DNA from: Hormoscilla sp.
GTDB lineage: Bacteria; Cyanobacteriota; Cyanobacteriia; Cyanobacteriales; Desertifilaceae
Length of the DNA stretch: 17,531 nt
NCBI GenBank assembly: GCA_051439505.1
Contig: JBFRWI010000189.1
Span: 1 to 17,531 of the forward strand
Direction: 5' to 3'
Part shown: piece by piece, positions 14,258 to 17,531 of the stretch
How the letters are laid out: the number at the start of each line of letters is the position of its first letter
How positions within the stretch are numbered: the stretch's first letter is position 1
Notes under the pieces: model-generated
What the model saw: only the letters and a program-made list of their open reading frames with translations
The model's database searches: none
Told to the model about the DNA's origin: nothing
Position numbers and translations under genes: made by a program

Positions 14258-16507
14258 ATGAATAAAGATCCTAAAGACCGAGGTCCAAAAGATTTGGCAT
14301 TTTCGCTAAGTCAAGCAACCCAGAACATCACCCATGACCCGATAACCACCGAAAAGGGCTATGCGGCTGCGTCCCCCGGGAGATCTACTCGCACAAAAGG
14401 GGGGACCGGACATGGGCTTTTCTGGCAGTTAGCCCTCGTAGTGGTTTTTTTCCTACCTCCTGGTGCGGCAGTTGTGGCCATAAACATGCTATGGCGCCTG
14501 CCGTCCCAGCCCCACTGTGAGTCGATCTATTGGCCGATGGCTTCGGCCTCTTTGCGCCTCTATTGCGGTGATTTGGCGGCATCGGACCAAACCCTGTCTG
14601 GGTTGCTGGAGGCGATCGCGCTGGTTAAGGTTCTGCCTGGGGATCATCCCCTGCGCTCCCAGATCGATAAGTCGATCGAGCAGTGGGCAACTGAAATATT
14701 GGAACTGGGCGATCGACAGTTTAATGCTGGTCAACTATCGGAGGCGATCGCCTCGGCCCGCCAAGTTCCCACCGACACCAATACCTACAAATTAGTTCAA
14801 GACCGGATTAGAAAGTGGCAAGCTACCTGGACGTCGGGAGAAGGGATTTATCGAGAAGCACAAGACTTGATGCGATCGGGACAATGGCAGCAGGCTGTCG
14901 GGGTAGCTGTTAAGCTACAGGATCTGGAGAACAGTTACTGGAATTCGACTAAGTACGCTGAAATTAACGAATTAATTCAGATGACGCGGGCCGATAGCGA
15001 AAATTTGATTCGGGCCCGGAAGCTATCAGAAACAGGGGGCCAGGAGAATTTATTATCAGCAATATCTTTAGCAGCAAAGATTCAGCCAAAAAGTTACTTG
15101 TATGGTCAAGCCCAAACAGCAGTATGGGAATACGGTCGTCAAATGATGCGTCTGGCAGAGAGGGAGTTAGAACGGGGCAACAGCTATGATGCGATCGCGA
15201 TCGCTCGCAAAATTCCTGCTGTGACAAAGTTGCATGACCAGACTGAAGATTTTGTGATGATAGCATCGGCAAAATCTCGTGCTTCTGAGGGGAATATTGA
15301 TAGTCTGGAAGCGGCGATTGTGCAAGCCCAAAAGGTAGATATATCTCGTCCGATGTACGGCAGGGCGCAGCAATTAATTAGCCGTTGGCAGCGAGAAATA
15401 GAAGATGTTGCCCGTATAGAAAAGGCTCGCCAATTAGCGGCTAGCGGTAGGATAAATGACGTGGCAGCGGCGGTAGCAGAAGTGGGGATGATTCCGATAA
15501 ATAATCCCCGCTACGCGGAAGCGCAAGCTATGATGAAAACATGGAAGCGCGAGATCGAAATAATTGAAGATAGTCCTTTATTAAATAGGGCAGAAGCGCT
15601 GGCGAGAAATGGAGATGCTGGTTCTTTGCAAGGGGCGATCGCTTCGGCGGAAATGATATATCCAGGACGGGCCCTATATCAGGAAGCTCAGTCTAATATT
15701 CGTCAGTGGCGGCGTCAGATCGAGGTGATAGAAGACATTCCCTATTTGGAAAAGGCGGAAGAGTTGGCGATCTCTGGAACAGAACGCTCCCTGAAAAGAG
15801 CGATCGCCCAAGCGCGGCGGATAGCCCCCGGACGCGCTCTTTATTCGGAAGCTAAGTCGAAAATTAGCCAGTGGCAAAGGCAGTTGGAGGTGATAGAAGA
15901 CAGTCCTGACTTAAACCGGGCAGAACTGTTTGCTCTCGCTGGGGATATCAGATCCCTGAAAAGAGCGATCGCCCAAGCGCGGCGGATAGCCCCCGGACGC
16001 GCTCTTTATTCGGAAGCTAGTGAAAAAATTGCCTCCTGGACTGATAGCATAGAGCGGCTTGAGGATCGACCATTACTCGATCGGGCCCGCAATTTGGCAG
16101 AACTAGGGGACCTGGAGGCGGCTATTTCTACCGCCCAACAGATTCGCCCCGGTCGGGCGCTGTCGGATGAGGCATCCCGAGAAATCAAAAACTGGCAGAA
16201 TCAACTTTTAGCTACCAATTATTTGCAGTCAGCTCGTCAGATCGCTCTGACATTTACTCCTGAAGCTTTGGCACAGGCAATTGCTACTGCCGATCGGGTG
16301 CCGAGAAATAGCCTATTGCGCTCGGAAGCGGATCTCCAAATCGATCGCTGGAGTCAAGAACTGCTGAATATAGCACGGGATATGTCGAGGTACGATCTGC
16401 CAGAGGCGATCGCGATCGCATCATATATTCCCCGCTCCAGCAATCTTTACACAGCAGCTAGATCCCAGATTTCAGCATGGCAAAAATTTGTAAATCCTGA
16501 TGAATAG
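14258..16507 (+). CDS. Membrane-anchored helical-repeat protein (cyanobacterial family often labelled 'chromosome segregation ATPase')
   Basis: Single TM segment (FWQLALVVVFFL...AAVVAINMLW), then CESIYWPMASASLRLYC, then ~55-aa repeats (L..A..LA......L..AIA.A..I.PGRALY.EA...I..W). ATG 14258 has a GGAG RBS. No Walker A motif seen. Confidence 0.8.
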   Translation: MNKDPKDRGPKDLAFSLSQATQNITHDPITTEKGYAAASPGRSTRTKGGTGHGLFWQLALVVVFFLPPGAAVVAINMLWRLPSQPHCESIYWPMASASLRLYCGDLAASDQTLSGLLEAIALVKVLPGDHPLRSQIDKSIEQWATEILELGDRQFNAGQLSEAIASARQVPTDTNTYKLVQDRIRKWQATWTSGEGIYREAQDLMRSGQWQQAVGVAVKLQDLENSYWNSTKYAEINELIQMTRADSENLIRARKLSETGGQENLLSAISLAAKIQPKSYLYGQAQTAVWEYGRQMMRLAERELERGNSYDAIAIARKIPAVTKLHDQTEDFVMIASAKSRASEGNIDSLEAAIVQAQKVDISRPMYGRAQQLISRWQREIEDVARIEKARQLAASGRINDVAAAVAEVGMIPINNPRYAEAQAMMKTWKREIEIIEDSPLLNRAEALARNGDAGSLQGAIASAEMIYPGRALYQEAQSNIRQWRRQIEVIEDIPYLEKAEELAISGTERSLKRAIAQARRIAPGRALYSEAKSKISQWQRQLEVIEDSPDLNRAELFALAGDIRSLKRAIAQARRIAPGRALYSEASEKIASWTDSIERLEDRPLLDRARNLAELGDLEAAISTAQQIRPGRALSDEASREIKNWQNQLLATNYLQSARQIALTFTPEALAQAIATADRVPRNSLLRSEADLQIDRWSQELLNIARDMSRYDLPEAIAIASYIPRSSNLYTAARSQISAWQKFVNPDE
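15788..16019 (+). repeat. Identical 67-bp intragenic direct repeat (15788-15854 = 15953-16019)
   Basis: Offset 165 bp, equal to one 55-aa protein repeat. Encodes SLKRAIAQARRIAPGRALYSEA twice. Confidence 0.9.
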
Positions 16508-16557
16508 CCAGATATAATCTATCGCCCGCTCTCAAAGAGAGAAATTATCTCAAAATA

Positions 16558-16998
16558 TTAATTATCTGCTTCTGGCAACCAATCTTCATCTAACACCAGT
16601 TCTAGAGCATAGGGACATTCTTCTGGGAATACTTCTAGTGGCATTTCTGTCTGTTTGGTTGCTTGGCGACGGGCCCGTTGATAACTTTGTTTTAGCTGCT
16701 CTTCTGGATAGCTTCTCAGACTGGGACTATCCTCGATCGCCAGATCGATCTGAGTTCTAGCATCGGTAATGGAGTCCAGCCAGCTATCCGATCGACGCTG
16801 AGCTTGATATTGCCACTTTAACAGATGTAACAGCAGGCGAGTCAATTGGCTGGCCACACCTCGCCGTTCGCTCTTCCCCAAGTCTTCAACCTCCTCTATC
16901 AGATGCTGTAGGTCGAGATCCTGCCAGCGACGCGATCGCAATAGTTGGGCGGTCTGTTCTACCCACTTATTAAAGTCAGTTGTGTAGGTTGTCTCCAC
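16558..16998 (-). CDS. DUF29 family protein
   Basis: GTG start. Y.TDFNKW..QTAQLL, DLQHLIEEVEDLGKSE, LLLHLLKWQYQ, SPSL and FPEECPY...VLDEDWLP match DUF29. Confidence 0.92.
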   Translation of the reverse strand: METTYTTDFNKWVEQTAQLLRSRRWQDLDLQHLIEEVEDLGKSERRGVASQLTRLLLHLLKWQYQAQRRSDSWLDSITDARTQIDLAIEDSPSLRSYPEEQLKQSYQRARRQATKQTEMPLEVFPEECPYALELVLDEDWLPEADN

Positions 16999-17028
16999 GT
17001 ATGAGATGTTATGATTGACAATGAAGCT

Positions 17029-17037
17029 ATTATAGCA
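17029..17037 (-). promoter_or_regulatory. Extended -10 promoter for the DUF29 gene
   Basis: Minus strand TGCTATAAT (TGn-TATAAT), 30 bp upstream of the GTG start. Confidence 0.6.
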
Positions 17038-17347
17038 TTTTTACGACATGACAGTTCGCCTGATTTCCGATATCGATCGCATTGCGGTAGCGGGGGGATT
17101 TAGTGACTGAAGAGGCCCTGAACTTTTGGTCGGAATTGGTACTGGTTCTTTGGGGGCTATCTCCCCAGGATCCACGTTACATTAGTCCCAGATATCTGGT
17201 CGATTGCCGGGACAGCCCCCTATCCGTTTGATTGATGCCAGCATATCAGTCACTACAGCAGAAGATCAATTGATCCAAGATGGGGCGATCGATCTTTAGA
17301 TTATGCTGATTTTTTAGACTCTCTTAACTCTAGTTCCCGATCGGGAA

Positions 17348-17378
17348 TACGAACTACGAACTACGAACTACGAACTAC
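17348..17378 (+). repeat. Heptamer tandem repeat (TACGAAC)x4
   Basis: tacgaac x4 plus tac, downstream of the ABC transporter stop. Confidence 0.9.
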
Positions 17379-17413
17379 TTAATGACTCCCACAGAGCCCA
17401 AATACGACATTAA

Positions 17414-17530
17414 TTAACCATTCGTCATAAACTTGTAATCTCGTGCAGAACTCACTCGCCAAGTTTCATCACCTAGCACTTCCAAAACTTGCTGATGATA
17501 TTGCAACAGTGTGGGACGGTGTCCCACACT
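17414..17530 (-). CDS. C-terminal end of an ABC transporter ATP-binding/permease protein (YddA/ABCD-like), truncated by the window edge
   Basis: The minus frame reads ...SVGHRPTLLQYHQQVLEVLGDETWRVSSARDYKFMTNG*. SVGHR..L..YH..VL is the H-loop region of YddA/ABCD-type fused transporters. Not in the ORF track. Confidence 0.75.
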   Translation of the reverse strand, partial: SVGHRPTLLQYHQQVLEVLGDETWRVSSARDYKFMTNG

Positions 17531-17531
17531 A

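Larger units (their letters stand above)
1..17531. repeat. HIP1 octamer GCGATCGC dispersed through the window
   Basis: About 20 copies counted by eye (e.g. near 2667, 4012, 4988, 5667, 7618, 8127, 12113, with overlapping doublets near 12653, 15191 and 16406), plus many CGATCG-core variants. HIP1 is a hallmark of cyanobacterial genomes. Confidence 0.9.

Noticed and set aside
67..16188. Numerous 60-150 aa ORFs antisense to or nested in the assigned genes
   Set aside because: They overlap well-supported CDSs and show no recognisable motifs.
14225..16507. ATPase/SMC function for the 760-aa ORF
   Set aside because: No Walker A/B motifs were found. The sequence is a TM anchor followed by helical repeats.
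17509..17529. Hairpin GTGTGGGAC-GGT-GTCCCACAC resembling a REP
   Set aside because: It lies within the codons for the conserved SVGHRPT motif of the ABC transporter, so it is explained by coding sequence.

Overview
Core-genome segment of a cyanobacterium. About 20 HIP1 GCGATCGC octamers, several heptamer tandem repeats and GTAG-type REP hairpins suggest a filamentous, Oscillatoriales-like strain (inference). Genes in order: Rieske non-heme iron oxygenase, M16 peptidase, fructosamine kinase-like protein, a DUF3611-pex-ccb1-DUF3155-hik2 cluster, a secreted glycine-zipper protein with an ECF-type promoter, CnoX/YbbN, two conserved hypotheticals, 6S RNA with a near-consensus promoter and terminator, another hypothetical, Hsp33 (hslO), a large membrane-anchored helical-repeat protein, a DUF29 protein, and the 3' end of an ABC transporter missed by the ORF track. 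No transposase, CRISPR array, tRNA or phage gene is visible. The most interesting signal is non-coding: (1) a perfect 15-bp palindrome that appears inserted in-frame in ccb1; (2) a covarying double-hairpin repeat in three copies; (3) a branched 81-nt structure between convergent genes; (4) a ~200-nt rod/branched structure just downstream of 6S RNA; (5) a 155-bp near-identical direct repeat bracketing the 6S RNA and one hypothetical gene. Family assignments come from motif recognition by eye, with no database searches.
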